A stretch of DNA of 61,131 nt from Octopus sinensis (GCF_006345805.1 NW_021833689.1:1-61131); one strand, 5' to 3'. Positions 36,291-50,981 are shown, counted from the stretch's first letter. Made by a program: numbers and translations. Notes: a model not told the origin generated them from the sequence alone.

Positions 36291-37037
36291 TGATGCCATT
36301 TATACCAATTGCTATTTTTACTTTTGTTATGTTACGATTATATTATACTTTAGTTTAAGTTTAATTATTACTTTCTACATATAATTCAATTGTTATTATT
36401 ATTTTTATTGTTAAAGTGAAAGCATCTGACATAAAATAGATAAATATTTTTGTTTCACTTGTAACACGTAATACTGAAATAGTGGAGAAGATATGATATT
36501 GCTATGGGCTCGCTCTAAGCAAGAAGTTGAACTTTTTTTGGCCCATGAAACTACATGGACCCTAAGTAAGGCATGTGTAAAATTTGAATGAAATTGGTTG
36601 TGTAGTTCTCAAGTTTTAGGGAAACACACAGACAGACAGACAGACAGACTCACATTCTCAGTTTTATATATATAAAGATTCAACTAACCTAAATTCTGAT
36701 TATACGTAATCACAGCTGAGCGCATTTACTCCGATATTTTTCTCGGTCGGGCGATCTACTGGCGCAAATCAGTCAACGTGTCGGTTGAATTATATATAAA
36801 GCTATTAGGTCAGGGTTGCCTCTCTGTTACATCTGATCGACAAAAGGCAACAAGCTCGAAACATCGATGTCTGAGATTCCCAAGAGAGGGCGACACTGAC
36901 CGAACGGGATTTTTTCACACGTTTTACCATGAGAGAGAATTTTTCTCCACGCTAATTGCAGTTTATTTAACTGAAAACATATTTCAATTAATCTAAATTG
37001 TGATTATACGTAAACACTGCTTAGCGCATTTACTCCG

Positions 37038-37123
<86 letters not shown>

Positions 37124-37405
37124 CGCAAGAGTGGCTGTGTGGTAAGTAGCTTGCTAACCAACCACATGGTTCCGGGTTCAGTCCCACTGCGTGGCATCTT
37201 GGGCAGGTTTCTTCTAATGTCTTATGAGTGGATTTGTCCCCCTAGCATTGCTAGACAACCGACGCTGGTGTGTTTACGTCCCCGTCACTTAGCGGTTCGC
37301 AAAAAAGACCGATATAATAAGTACTGGGCTTACAAAAATAAGTCCCGGGGGTCGAGTTGCTCGACTAAAGGCGGTGCTCCAGCATGACTGAGTAAAAGAG
37401 AGAGA

Positions 37406-37524
<119 letters not shown>

Positions 37525-38899
37525 TGTTACGGTGGTAAGAAAAAGGAAACAGACAGAAAAACACTATGCCCCTTGTCCCATTAGTTGGAATTGAACCGGC
37601 AGTGGTATTTTACTTTGTCCTCTCAACGAGCACGATAATTAATGATCTAAGGACGTGAACTTTGATCCCAACCCGGTCACAGAAAGTTTAAGAAAAAAAT
37701 AAAAATACTACTCTATATAAATGCGGCTGGCATTGGGGCTAAGAGTCAGTTGGTGAAAGAGGGTCAGTCGATGCAGGACATCCAGCCAGAAGTGTGAGCG
37801 GAGCGGACAAGGGGGTGGATGGAGATGGTGGAGATGGCGAGAGGCAACGTCAACGATGAGAAAGACAGACAGTGAATGTGAGAAATGACAAGCGAGAGGA
37901 ATTAAGAAAGATGACAGTGAAGGGGACAGATAGAAGCCGAACTGATATAGCAGGAGTTGCGAGTTAAGAGGACGTTGCTGACGTGAAATTAAAGAAGAAA
38001 AAAATGTTCTGGTAAATGTTGTTTTTTCTTTTTCTGTATGTTTTGAACTTTGATGTTGGAATGTAAAAGAAGGGGAAACTTTGATGTGTTAGGTGCGCTA
38101 AATCTTTCAAGAAAGAAAGGAAAGACTCTGTGACGTAAACTGTAGAAAAGAAAGAAGAGAAAAGAAGGAGAAAGAGACTGTTAATTGATTTGTTGTGAAG
38201 GATCGATCGCTGTATTGTGTTGAACGTTAACTGATTGTTTCCGGACGTTGTACTATGTTTACTCTCTCCTTTACTCTTTTACTTGTTTCAGTCTTTTTGA
38301 CTGCGGCCATGCTAGAGCACCGCCTTTAATCGAGCAACTCGACCCCGGGACTTATTCTTTGTAAGCCCAGTACTTATTCTATCGGTCTCTTTTGCCGAAC
38401 CGCTAAGTGACGGGGACGTAAACACACCAGCATCGGTTGTCAAGCAATGCTAGGGGGACAAACACAGACACACAAACACACACATACATATTTATTTATA
38501 TATATATATATATACGACAGGCTTCTTTCAGTTTCCGTCTACCAAATCCACTCACAGGGGCTATAGCAGAAGACACTTGCCCAAGATGCCACGCAGTGGG
38601 ACTGAACCCGGAACCATGTGGTTGGTTAGCAAGCTACTTACCACACAGCCACTCCTGTATTTGACTTGGTTATTCGAACTTTGTTATATTAAAATGCATT
38701 GATTGTTTCTTTCGAACTCCGTCAAATGTTTGTCAACCTTTGTTGTTGTTGCCTTTGTTTCTGGCTGCGTTCGCCGCTTTCCCCCGCTTTCCATGGATTC
38801 GGTGGACTTCCGGTTTGCTGAGCGCAGAGCGTCGTCGCGACTTAGGGCCCGTGGTGGAAACGGAAGGCCTAGGGTCCTGAGTGAGCGTACGGCGTAACA
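37525..38899 (+). mobile_element. Candidate solo LTR (TGTTACG...CGTAACA) with a SINE inserted at ~38262-38657
   Basis: TG...CA ends with 7-bp terminal inverted repeats and an internal TATATAAAT. A related inverted copy lies at ~55833-56790. No clean TSD seen. Confidence 0.5.
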
Positions 38900-38912
38900 A
38901 TATATATGTATA

Positions 38913-38954
<42 letters not shown>

Positions 38955-39390
38955 GCCCAGGAGTGGCTGTGTGGTAAGTAGCTTGCTTACCAACCACATG
39001 GTTCTGGGTTCAGTCCCACTGCGTGGCATCTTGGGCAAGTGTCTTCTGCTATAGCCCCGGGCCGACCAATGCCTTGTGAGTGGATTTTGTAGACGGGAAC
39101 TGAAAGAAGCCAGTCGTATATATATATATATATGTATGTGTGTGTTTGTTTGTGTGTCTGTGTTTTTCCCCCTAGCATTGCTTGACAACCGATGCTGGCG
39201 TGTTTTTACGTCCCCTCACTTAGCGATTCGGCAAAAAGAGACCGTAGAATAAGTACTGGCTTACAAAGAATAAGTCCCGGGATCGATTTGCTCGACTAAA
39301 GGCTGTGCTCCAGCATGGCCGCAGTCAAATGACTGAAACAAGTAAAAGAGTAAAAGATAGTAAAAGATTGTAAAAAGTATATGTATGTGT

Positions 39391-39426
<36 letters not shown>

Positions 39427-39503
39427 CTATATATTATATATATATGTATATATATATATATATATATTATATGTATTGTATGTATATATATATATATATA
39501 ATT

Positions 39504-40534
39504 ATGTATATTTAGAATTTATGTACGAAGTGCGCTAAGATATTTTGACTTCTTGTAAGCTGCGCCATGGCTAAAAAAAGGTTCGGGACTACAGCTCTGA
39601 CCCATCGCTAGCTCTAAACTCTCAATTACTTGCTTAAATAACCTCAAGTAATCCAAGTTCAACTTGTTATACACACGTGAATGATTTTCTAACGAAACAT
39701 CTCCGTCGAAACAAACCAAAAGGAAATAACTAATTCATTTTGTTTTCAGAGTAACTTCCCTTAGTATAGGTTAGCTACAATGCAAATTAAGATGGAGGGG
39801 GGTGATATTTTTATTTTAGCCCCGAGTAAGAACTAATTGAATCATTCACCCATGGCAGGGGATGAATTTTTTCTTAAGGCCAATTTTTAGTTAATCGCGA
39901 GCATTTCTAGGCTTCATCACAAATTCATTTCTCAACCTAATTGAAAGCGGCTTATTTTAGCAATGAGCTACGCTTTGATATTAGATAATTGAGAATTAAT
40001 TCATTATAAAAAAAAGGTTAGGTCAAAAATGTGAGTGTAAGGAGAGAAATTGACTTTAAATCAAATTATTCCATTTATAATGGCTGTATATTGTCAACTT
40101 AACGTGACAGTAGGGGATTATACCACCGCTGTTTAGCCCTAGGAAGCATTGACGCTTCCTGTCGGCCTCGACACACTGTGTCCTTATATATTTACGAAGG
40201 GGAGACAAATACCCCCAACAGCTAGGCCTGCATCTCCCCTTCGTAAATATATGACACAGTAAGTGTGTCGAAGCCGACAGGAAGCGTCGATGCTTTTTAG
40301 GGCTGAACAGCGGTGGTGTAATCCCCTACTGTCACGTTAAGTTGACAGTATACAACCATTCTATCGCCCCACCACCGTACATATTTCTATGAGATATTTA
40401 GAAATTTAATATTTCTATTTCATTCATTTTAAAGGGAAATTATAGATTCATTGAATGTGAGAGAATGTATTCAGTGAGTTTACAAGAAGTCAAAATATCT
40501 TGGCGCACTTCGTACATAAATTCTAAATATACAT
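39504..40534. mobile_element. Inverted-repeat-bounded element (~55-bp IRs) containing a nested palindromic MITE (40079-40360)
   Basis: ATGTATATTTAGAATTTATGTACGAAGTGCGC.AAGATATTTTGACTTCTTGTAA is mirrored at 40480-40534. The inner element has ~125-bp arms. Confidence 0.7.
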
Positions 40535-40549
40535 ATATACATACATATG

Positions 40550-40935
40550 TGGAGGCGCAATGGCCCAGTGGTTAGGGCAGCGGACTCGCGGTCATAGGAT
40601 CGCGGTTTCGATTCCCAGACCGGGCGTTGTGAGTGTTTATTGAGCGAAAACACTTAAAAGCTCCACGAGGCTCCGACAGGGGATGGTGGTGATCCCTGCT
40701 GTACTCTTTCACGACAACTTTCTCTCACTCTTACTTCCTGTTTCTGTTGTACCTGTATTTCAAAGGGCCGGCCTTGTCACTCTCTGTGTCACGCTGAATA
40801 TCCCCGGGAACTACGTTAAGTGTACACGTGTCTGTGGAGTGCTCAGCCACTTACACGTTAATTTCACGAGCAGGCTGTTCCGTTGATTCGGATCAACCGG
40901 AACCCTCGTCGTCGTAACCGACGGAGTGCTTCCAT
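40550..40935 (+). mobile_element. tRNA(Arg)-like-headed SINE family C
   Basis: GGCGCAATGGCCCAGTGGTTAGGGCAGCGGACTCGCGGTC..GGTTTCGATTCCC (anticodon-like TCG). Copies at about 4221-4490, 4566-5070, 10231-10590, 24050-24437, 41093-41395, 47935-48205, 49340-50160, 51081-51275 and 60205-60517. Confidence 0.85.
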
Positions 40936-42890
40936 CCACATACATATACATATATATATATGCGTTCTTGAAAACCGCGTTAAAAAGCTTTCGTTAGGAA
41001 AAGAAGTTGTTTGGTTTTAAATGACGAAAAGAAATGGTAAATAATCCCCCAAATTGACTTTGAAGCGAAATACTCTGTTAAATATTGAAGTAGTGGAGGC
41101 ACATGGCCAAGTGGTTAGAGCAGCGGTCGAGGGATTGTGGGTTCGAATCTCAGACCGGGCGATGTGTGTGTTTACGAGTGAAATACCTAAGCTCCACGCG
41201 GGCCCCGCAGAAGGTAATGGCGAAGTTCTGCCGACTCTATCACCCCTATTTTCTCTCACTCTTTCCTCCTGCATCCTGCAGCTCACCTGCGACGGACCGG
41301 CGTCCCGTCCAGGTGGGGGAACTATTACGCTATGAGAAACCGGGAAAGCGGCCCTTATGAGCCAGGCATGGCACGAGAAGGAACAAACAACAACAGCTTA
41401 TCATATCTAAGCTTATCATATGCAACACATTTTCCGTTGTAGTTTTCGCAACTTGCAATCGATTTTCACCAAACTCAAGGGGACGAGCTAGCAGAAACGT
41501 TAGCACGCGGGGGAAACTGCTAAACGACATTTCTTCCCGTCTTTACGTTCTGGGTTCAAATTCCACCAGGGTTGCCTTTCTTCCTTTCGGGAATGATTAA
41601 ACAAGTACCAGTTGAACACTGGGGTCGATGTAATCGACTTACTCCCTTCCCCGAAAATGCGGGCCTCGTGCCAAAATTTGAGAGCAATACTTAAGTAAAC
41701 TATACAACAGCTGTGTTGAAACGAAAGAGCTCTATGAGATAAATCTTGAGGTGAAAACCTCGTTAAAATATATCTCTCTATATATAAAAGGCAGTTTGTC
41801 TGTCTGTGTGTCTGTCTGTCAGTGTGTCTGTCTGTCTGTGGGTCTGTCAGGTTGTACCCTCACTCTGACCACGGCTTTCAACCGATTCTGATGAAACTTG
41901 ACACACATAGCCCAATGTCATAATTCAAAACTAACGCAGCGAAACTTTTGAAAAGTTCCCACAGTTCTGAAAAAAATCGACAAATTCGACATGGGGTCGA
42001 GAAACTAAGCTTATCATATGAAACACATATTCCGTTGTAGTTTCCGCAACTTGCAATCGATTTTCACCAAACTCATGGTGAAGCTTAATGTTACCCTACG
42101 GAACTTAATCCTGACGTTAGTTTTCCATGCAATACCTTACCATCAGAAAAAAAAATCGATAAAATCATGCCATTTTGGGAAATCGCGTTCAAATTCAAGA
42201 TGACATATTTTCGAAAATATCTTTAACAAATTGGTAGGAATTTGTTTTTTAAATTCACAGCGAGCATCATGTCTGCTCCAAGGAGTTATATGGTCCTTTT
42301 TATTCCAATAGGATATGTTATTACTGGAAAAAATCGGTTAATTACATCATATGTGGCACACATAGCAAACCGATTTTTCTGCGACATTTTTTGAAAGTTC
42401 ACATAGATTTTCCCTACACCGATGTTGTCATAGATTTTCTTCATGCATGCAAGGGAACGGGGCCTTGAATGCCTTAATGCCTTTTAGGTTTCATTTTACA
42501 AAATAACGGTTCAATGAGTACAAAAAGGGTAAAAAGGTAAAGGGCATTGCTTATCGGCAAAGTTTTTTTACTTACCCAGGCAACGCCGGGCTATGCTGCA
42601 AGTTAGCTACAAAAACTGCGGTGTACTTTTAAGTCACAGAATAGTGATAATTTTAACAAATTAAAAATATTTTTGTCATGTTAAGATATTTGACATTATA
42701 AAAGACGGCAGTCACCGTCATATGTCGCTTAGCCTAACAGCACAGTATGATTTTGCTGGAGATTGAGCAGTACGGGTTCGATCTTCTGTTGCGCATTACC
42801 AGTTAATAATTATCGCAGCGGTTGCAAGGCAAAATATAAAATACTATTGTCTCTCTGCATTTCCCCGTATCACCTGTTTCAGCATAACTG

Positions 42891-42950
<60 letters not shown>

Positions 42951-43507
42951 ATCTGTAAAATAATATGTGACAATTATTCAATAGCCAAGATAAAACTCTG
43001 AGTTTCGAAGACATGGTGTTGCGGATTTCCACCTCGGCATCCGAAACTCAGAATTTTATCTTGGCTATTGAATAATTGTCAAATATTATTTTACAGATAA
43101 ATTTCCTCTATTTACATAATATTGAGGTCTCTTTCTTTCTTTTGTTATCTTACCGTTTTTACCAATGTATATATATATATATATATATACAAACTATACC
43201 ATATTAGTCCCAAGCAAGGCCGGGTATCTCTGCTAGTTTGTTTATAATGTACTTATTAAAAACGTATTAAAATAACAAAATTCAATCATGAAAGCAATTT
43301 ATTAATTCTTTTATTAGAATATAACATTATTTTATAAGAACATAACATTCTTTTATTATGCAAATAGTTTTTAAATTTATTTATTTGTAACGGATATGGT
43401 GCTGTAATTCTTTGCTATTTTTATGTGCAAACAAAATTTCAAAGTTTGAACAAAATTTGTATTTATTAAAATATTTTCAATAGCAGCATTCTTTTCAGTG
43501 GTAAAAG

Positions 43508-43548
<41 letters not shown>

Positions 43549-43573
43549 GAAGAGTTGCCTGGAAAGAAAAGTG

Positions 43574-43966
43574 GGATCTTTACCGTTTGACCGACAGATT
43601 TAAAAAATAATTTTTTGTAACTAAACACTTTCAAATTTCGGACACTGGTAGAAAGTGTCATATAAAACATCTTTTGCTCTTAGCATTTTCGTGAAAAACT
43701 TATATTTACAAAGTTATTTCACGGTAAAGTTCTCGTATTTCGGTAATTTCAACCAATCAATGACGTGTATTCAAGTGAATAAAATTACTGCTGTTGATTG
43801 TCAACAAGAACTTTAACAAAAAATAACTTCGTAAATATAAGCTTTTCTCAAAAATGCTAAGAGTAAAGGATGTTTTATATGACACATTCTAACCGTGCCC
43901 GGAATTTGAAAGTGTTTAGTTACAAAAGATTATTTTTTAAATCTGTCGGTCAAACGGTAAAGATCC
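43574..43966. mobile_element. MITE, same family as 10626-11248 but lacking the telomere-like core
   Basis: TIR GGATCTTTACCGTTTGACCGACAGATTT / AAATCTGTCGGTCAAACGGTAAAGATCC. Confidence 0.85.
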
Positions 43967-45046
43967 AAAAAGTGGACCAATATGATAATTGCGGGTGCAA
44001 AATCGTAGAATATTCCTAAGTATTGAACTCGGAGAAGCTTACACAACAAGCAACAGTTAACCTGGAAAAGTACAGAACTAGAAGAGAAACAATAAATCTT
44101 ACAACATTGAAGACGAAATATTATGTGCACTGTTTTGCTCTTCATATTTTTTGGTGTTTTATTGCAATTTTTTAAATTTAAATTTAATATTTTTTATCTA
44201 AAAATTTCTTTGTATTAAACTGAACATTTCTGGCTTGTTTTTTAGCATTATATTATTTTTTAATTTTATTTTTATTATCATATCATTAAAAAAATTATTT
44301 TTTTCTTAACAAAACTCATAAACAAAAATCAAATCACAAATATTGTATCATAAAATTAAACTCATTCTTGTATTCTTCTAGCCATTTGACTGCGGCCATG
44401 CTGGAGCACTGCCTTTAGTCGATCAAATCAACACCAGGACTTATTCTTTGTCGGCCTAGTACTTATTCCATCAGACTCTTTGGCCGAAACGCTATGTTAC
44501 GAGGATATAAACACACCAGCATCGGTTATCAAGCGATGTTGGGGGGGGTGCACAATCACAGATAACAAACGTATACACACACACACACACACAAACATAT
44601 ATATATATACATATATACGACGGGTTACTTTCAGTTTCCGTCTATCAAATCCACTCACAAGGCTTAGCTTGGCCCGAGGCTATAGTAGAAGGCACATGCC
44701 TATGGTACCACGCAGTGGGACTGAACCCGGAACCATGTGGTTCGTAAGGAAGCTACTTACCACACGGCCACTCCTACGCCTATTTCTTGACAAAACTCAT
44801 CATGACAAAAATTAAATCATAAATATTGTGTTTTAAAATTAAAATCACGTAGAAGATATGTAATTCAAACAAGTATAATAGAGTTTTAAAAAAATCTCAA
44901 AGAAACAAAATAATTAATTTCTTTAAAGTTTGCATATAGGCGTAGGAGCGGCCGTGTGATAAGTAGCTTGCTTACGAACCACATGGTTCCGGGTTCATTC
45001 CTTGTGAGAGGATTTGGTAGACGGAAACTGAAAGAAGCCTGTCGTA

Positions 45047-45082
<36 letters not shown>

Positions 45083-45420
45083 GCGTGTGTATATGTTTGA
45101 GTGTCTGTGTTTGGTCCCCCCCCCAACATCGCTTGACAGCTGATGCTGGTGTGTTTACGTCCCCGTAACCTAGCGGTTTGGCAAAAGAGACCGATAGAAT
45201 AAGTACAAGGCTTACGAAGAGCAAGTCCTGGGGGTCGATGTGCTCGATTAAAGGCGGTGCTCCAGCATGGCCGCATTCAAATGACTGAAACAAGTAAAAG
45301 AGAAAAGAGCATTATGTAATGACAAAATTTTTTTTATTTACACCCATTAGTTTCATTCTTAAACACTGAGGGCTTATAATTTTCAATTTTGCTAAAATTG
45401 CGTGATTTTTTAAAAAAGTA

Positions 45421-45932
45421 CCGTAAATCCTCGAGTATAGCCCGCCCTTGAGTATAATACGCAGGGGATTTGTAGGGGGCTGTACCTCTGACAATCCTAA
45501 GCCTTGTGTATAATACGCACGCATTCTCTAATTTGAGTCAAAGAGGTCTATATAACATCCTTGGTTTGAAAAAACGTATAAGGTAACGTCCTTTATTATT
45601 ATTGTATATATAGCATAATGCAAACGTGTAGCTTTTTTGTGCATTTTCTTTGCAGAAAATAAAGAAATAACAGTAATAACATTTAATAAATGTTGCTTAC
45701 TGCAAGTTATGGATGATCCTTTTATGACTTCATTGCTTTCAGGCTTAGCTTAAGGTATTTTGGCGCCCGACATCACAAAATGCGTCTGAATAAACATTGC
45801 CGGACAGCAAATAGAGACTCGGACATTGCTTAGAAAATAATTTTCATTTTTAACCTCGTATATAGTACGCACTAGGGATTTTGACCTTTAAATTTTGGGG
45901 GGAAAATGCGAGTTATACTCGAGGATTTACGG
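45421..45932. mobile_element. TA-flanked MITE (Tc1/mariner superfamily, pogo/Tc2-like ends)
   Basis: TA|CCGTAAATCCTCGAGTATA ... TATACTCGAGGATTTACGG|TA. Lies 149 bp past the gene B stop codon. Confidence 0.85.
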
Positions 45933-46080
45933 TATGTAAATTTGTAACGTTAAATTTTTGATGAGTAAACATGCAGGCAATTAGTCTTTTCATTAAAAAT
46001 GGTTCTTGAGCATTTTGATTTCAACTTTTAAGTAAAGATACAAAATATAAGAGACGTTTATAACTAACTTAGATTTGCCA

Positions 46081-46127
46081 TTAATTCAGGTGGATATACA
46101 ATGCCATGTAGTCAAGCAGTCCATATC
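46081..46127 (-). CDS. Gene B exon 5 (terminal coding exon)
   Basis: TTTTTTTTTTCAG|GA TAT GGA CTG CTT GAC TAC ATG GCA TTG TAT ATC CAC CTG AAT TAA = (G)YGLLDYMALYIHLN*. Aligns to gene A GYGEADTLNILIRL. Confidence 0.82.
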
Positions 46128-46200
46128 CTGAAAAAAAAAACAACAAACACCTCAATTTCAACAATAAGAGTAACACGATCAAAAGCAGTAAGTACAACTA

Positions 46201-47133
46201 TTGGGTTGTCCGGAAAGTTCGTGCCGATTTATAGTAGCTTACCTTTCGACATATTTTAGAACATGGTTAAGTCCATGAAATAGGGTTTGACAACACCTCA
46301 ATTTAGAGCACAGTTTAAGCTATCTTTTCGTGGAAGAAGGTATATGTTTCTATAACCTCTATTAATTCTGTAACCCTTTAAAATGGAAGATGAGAAAGTT
46401 CATTTTCAGCACTTGAGGCTTTGGAACCAGACAAAAATTGCTGCAGCTCGGCTGGGATGTGTTACCCCACCCTCCATATTCACCAGATATTGCTCCTTCG
46501 GATTTCCACTTATTCAGGTCTCTGCAGAATAGTCTTAATGGTAAAAAATTCAATTCCTTGGATGGCATAAAAAGACAACTTGATGAATTATTTGCCATGA
46601 AACCACCTCAACTCTATAAAGAAGGTATTTTCAAGTTAAAGGAAAGATGGAGACCCATAAAACAGGATTTCACTACACCTCCATTTAGAGCACAGTTTAA
46701 GCTATCTATTTGTGGGAGAAGGTATATCTTTCTATAACCTCTATTAATTCTGTAACCCTTTAAAATGGAAGATGAGAAAGTTCATTTTCAGCACTTGAGG
46801 CTTTGGGAACCAGACGAAAATTGCTGCAGCTCGGCTGGGATGTGTTACCCCACCCTCCATATTCACCAGATATTACTCCTTTGGATTTCCACTTATTCAG
46901 GTCTCTGCAGAATAGTCTTAATGGTAAAAATTTCAATTCCTTGGATGGCATAAAAAGACACCTTGATGAATTCTTTGCCATGAAACCACCCCAATTCTGG
47001 GAAGAGGGTATTTTCAAGCTAAAGGGAAGATGGAGACACATTGTGCAACAAAATGGTTCATATTTGGTTGATTTAAAAGTATTTATCTTTTTCTTTCCTT
47101 TAAAAATCGGCACGAACTTTCCGGACAACCCAA
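46201..47133 (+). mobile_element. Non-autonomous mariner (Tc1/mariner) with internal deletion and ~382-bp tandem duplication
   Basis: TIR TTGGGTTGTCCGGAAAGTTCGTGCCGATTT and its reverse complement, with TA on both sides. Two copies of the transposase C-terminal segment WDVLPHPPYSPDI(A/T)P(S/L)DFHLFRSLQNSL. Confidence 0.92.
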
Positions 47134-47238
47134 TACATTAGCAACAGCAACAATACGAAAATGTTCTTATTAATTTGTAACATATTTCGGCAAATTTGAA
47201 CTAGAATTTGATAATCGTCCGTCGTATATATGTATATG

Positions 47239-47351
<113 letters not shown>

Positions 47352-48600
47352 TGTGTCTGTGTTTGTCCCCCAACATCGCTTGACGACCGATGCTGGTGTG
47401 TTTACGTCCCCGTAAGTTAGCGGTTCGGCAAACGAGACCGATAGAATAAGTACTAGGCTTACAAAGAATGAGTCCTGGGGTCGATTTGCTCGACTAAAGG
47501 CCGTGCTCCAGCATGGCCGCAGTCAAATGCCTGAAACAAGTAAAAGAGTACGAATGCAAACCATTCTTCCCAAAGTCAGAATGCAGCTGATTTCTACCAG
47601 AAAAAGTAAGTTCCAATAATGGACCCCAAAGCTGGTACCTTATTTATTGATTCCGAAACAAGGAAAGTGATATCGGCAGGATTTGAAGTCAGAGCCCAGA
47701 AAATCGCAACGAACACAGCAATGTTTGCTGTTTAGAATCATAGATATGTTCTCTATGCTTGCTAATAAAGATTTCTACATCAAATAGAGATAAATGGTAT
47801 TAATGCATGCATTAATGTTGGCCCCTGGAGGTCAAACTGAGCGAAATTAAAGTTGCAAATTTACATGGAAAAATGTGTGCACACCCGATAATTAGACAGC
47901 TGATGTCTGCTAGGGATCAAACTGATGGAAATTTTGTTGTTTGTTCCTTCTCGAGCCACTCCTGGCTCATAAGGGCCAGTTTCCCGGTTTTCTTGGCGTA
48001 TAGGTTTCCCACCCGGACGGGACGCCGGCCCGTCGCAGGTGAGCTGCAAGATGCAGGAGGAAAGAGTGAGAGAAAGTTGTGCCGGAGCCGCGTGGAGCTT
48101 AGGTGTTTCGATCATAAACACACACATCGCCCGGTCTGAGATTCGAACCCGCGATCCCTCGACCGCGAGTCCGCTGCTCTAACCACTAGGTCATGTCGCT
48201 CCACGAATGGAAATGTAGTACACAAATATATAAACAACGGATGCTGTTCAAGGTTTTAAGAGTATTGCAAAAGATTTGGCTGGAGACCCAATCTTACGAG
48301 TTCTTTTACAAGGTTAGAAAAACTGAAGGGTCACTGCAATAAGTGTGTGAATCTGAGAGGGGAATATGTTCAATGAATTCATAATTAACACACACACACA
48401 TATATATATGTGTGTGTTAATGTGTTACACATAGGCGCAGGAGTGGCTGTGTGATAAGTAGCTTGCTTACAAACCACATGGTTCCGGGTTCAGTCCCACT
48501 GCGTGGCACTTTGGGCAAGTGTCTTCTACTATAGCCTCGGGCCGACCAAAGCCTTGTGAGTGGATTTGGTAGACGGAAACTGAAAGAAGCCCGTCGTATG

Positions 48601-48638
<38 letters not shown>

Positions 48639-50274
48639 CTTGTGTTTGTGTGTCTGTGTTTGTCCCCATAGCTTTGCTTGACAACGATGCTGGTGTGTTT
48701 ATGTCACCGTCACTTAACGGTTCGGCAAAAGAGACCGATAGAATAAGTACTGGGCTTACAAAGAATAAGTTTCGGGGTCGAGTCGCTGGATTAAAAGTGG
48801 TGCTCCAGCATGGCCACAGTCAAATGACTGAAACACTAAAAGAGTAAAGAGTATCATATACATATATACGATGGGCTTCTTTCAGTTTCCATCTACCAAA
48901 TCCACTCACAAGGCTTTGGTCGGCCCGAGGCTATTGTAGAAAACACTTGCCCAAAGTTCCACGCAGTGGGACTGAACCCGGAACCATGTAGTTCGTAAGC
49001 AACATACTTACCACACAGTCACTCCTGCGCCTCATGTCCGTTATTTTTAGATAAAATTTCTCTGTATGTGACAACGACCATCTTCCACTACTGTTTCATC
49101 CGGAGTTGAGCGCCCAAGAAAGAAAATAGTGTATGTACATGTATACTGTGGTTCGATTAGTTTTATCCCTGAGAGTCATCAGGTGTTTTATTTCTGGATC
49201 TGAACAGAAAACAGACAATATTCGAAACAGAAATATTTTGGTGTGATTTCAAGCGACCGTCAGATGTTATTGATGGATATGTGGATTTTTATTGACACTT
49301 CGCTGGTTACAACGAAGTGGATTCTAGTTAATTCAATCACCGGAACAGCTTGCTCCTGAAATTAACGCGCAAGTGGCTGAGTACTCCACAGACACGTGTA
49401 TCCTTAACGTAGTTCTCAGGGAGATTTGGCGTAACACAGAATATGACAAGACTGGCCCTTTGAAATAAAGGTACAACTAATTTTTGCCAGCTGAATGGAC
49501 TGGGGTATTGTGAAGTAAAATGTCTTGCTCAAGGATGCAACCCACCGCCCGGAATTGAACTCATCAACTTACGATCGTGAACCGAGTACCCTAACCCCTA
49601 AGCCACGCGCTGGTGGAATAAAGACGCACAGTTTGCATTAGTTGGGTTCTGGTTTCGTTCCCGCTGCATTGCGACTTATACTATGGCGGTGGGTCTACAA
49701 CCTATACTAACAAAATAACCCCATAACAACAGCATTCCTCTTCCTCCTCCTCCTCCTCCTACTACTACTACTACTACTACTACTGCTACTACTGTTACTA
49801 CTAGTACTTGAGTTCAGATCCCCTTCGGTAATGACTGACCATGGGATTGCACCTAGAAAGTTACCCTCCCAGGCACAAGTCCGAGCAAGGTTGTTTATGG
49901 AAGACCAGCAGTCGCCCATGCATACCGGCCTCCCCCTCCCCACGCCACTAGTGTTATCCAAGGGAAAGGCAAAGGGGCCGATACTTCTTGGCACCTGTGA
50001 CGTTGCAACTCATTTCTACAGCTGAGTGAACTGGAGCAACGTGAAATAAAGAGTCTTGCTCAAGAAACGCAACATGCAGCCCGGTCCGGTCCGCGATTCG
50101 AGCTCACAACCTCACGATCGTAAGCTCGACGCTCTAACCACTGAGCCATGCGCCTTCACTACTACTACTACCACCATCACCACCACCACCAGCATCACTA
50201 CTACTACCACCACCACAAGCACCACCACCACCACTACAACCACCACAACCACCACCATCACTACTACTACTACC

Positions 50275-50307
<33 letters not shown>

Positions 50308-50817
50308 GCTATGGGTGCTGCTGCCACCATTACTACTATCGAAATGAATACAAATACACAGTAAATATAAATGTAAGATGGCAAAGGACTTACCTATTTC
50401 TTTATTACCCACAAGGGGCTAAACATAGAGGGGACAAACAAGGACAGACATAGGTATTCAGTCGATTACATCGACCCCAGTGTGTAACTGGTACTTAATT
50501 TATCGACCCCGAAAGGATGAAAGGCAAAGTCGACCTCGGCGGAATTTGAACTCAGAACGTAACGGCAGACGAGATTCGACTACGCATTTCGCCCGGCGTG
50601 CTAACGGTTCTGCCATCTCGCCGCCTTTATCAAGCTAATATTTATCTATTGCTTTACTACCCACAAGGGGTTAAACATAGAGGGGACAAACAAGGACAGA
50701 CAAAGGGATTAAGTCGATTACATCGACCCCAGTGCGTAACTGGTACTTAATTCATCGACCCCGAAAGGACGAAAGGCAAAGTCGACCTCGGCGGAACTTG
50801 AACTCACAGAGACTTAC

Positions 50818-50981
50818 CTCGGTTCCAGTAGGTTTGTGTCTTTGAATTGGCATAAAGAATGACAGGATAATGCGAGAAATTGGCATACGAACAGTTAAAT
50901 TGACGATCAATAACAATCAACCATCCACGATCCTCATCACAATTATCTCCAAAATATCCAATGGTGAAGGAACGATCGACT
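50818..50981 (-). CDS. Gene B exon 4
   Basis: TTTTCTTTCTTAAACAG|A GTC GAT ... AAC CGA G|GTAAGT; 164 nt, phase 2->1. VDRSFTIGYFGDNCDEDRGWLIVIDRQFNCSYANFSHYPVILYANSKTQTYWNR. Confidence 0.88.

Noticed and set aside
48250-48390. Small mariner C-terminal remnant (RLEKLKGHCNKCVNLRGEYV)
   Set aside because: Plausible, but too short and without TIRs to delimit as a feature.
49100-49200. Alternative last exon for gene B (TTTTCTGTTCAG|AT CCA GAA...)
   Set aside because: The phase fits but there is no similarity to the family's terminal motif. 46081-46127 matches it well.
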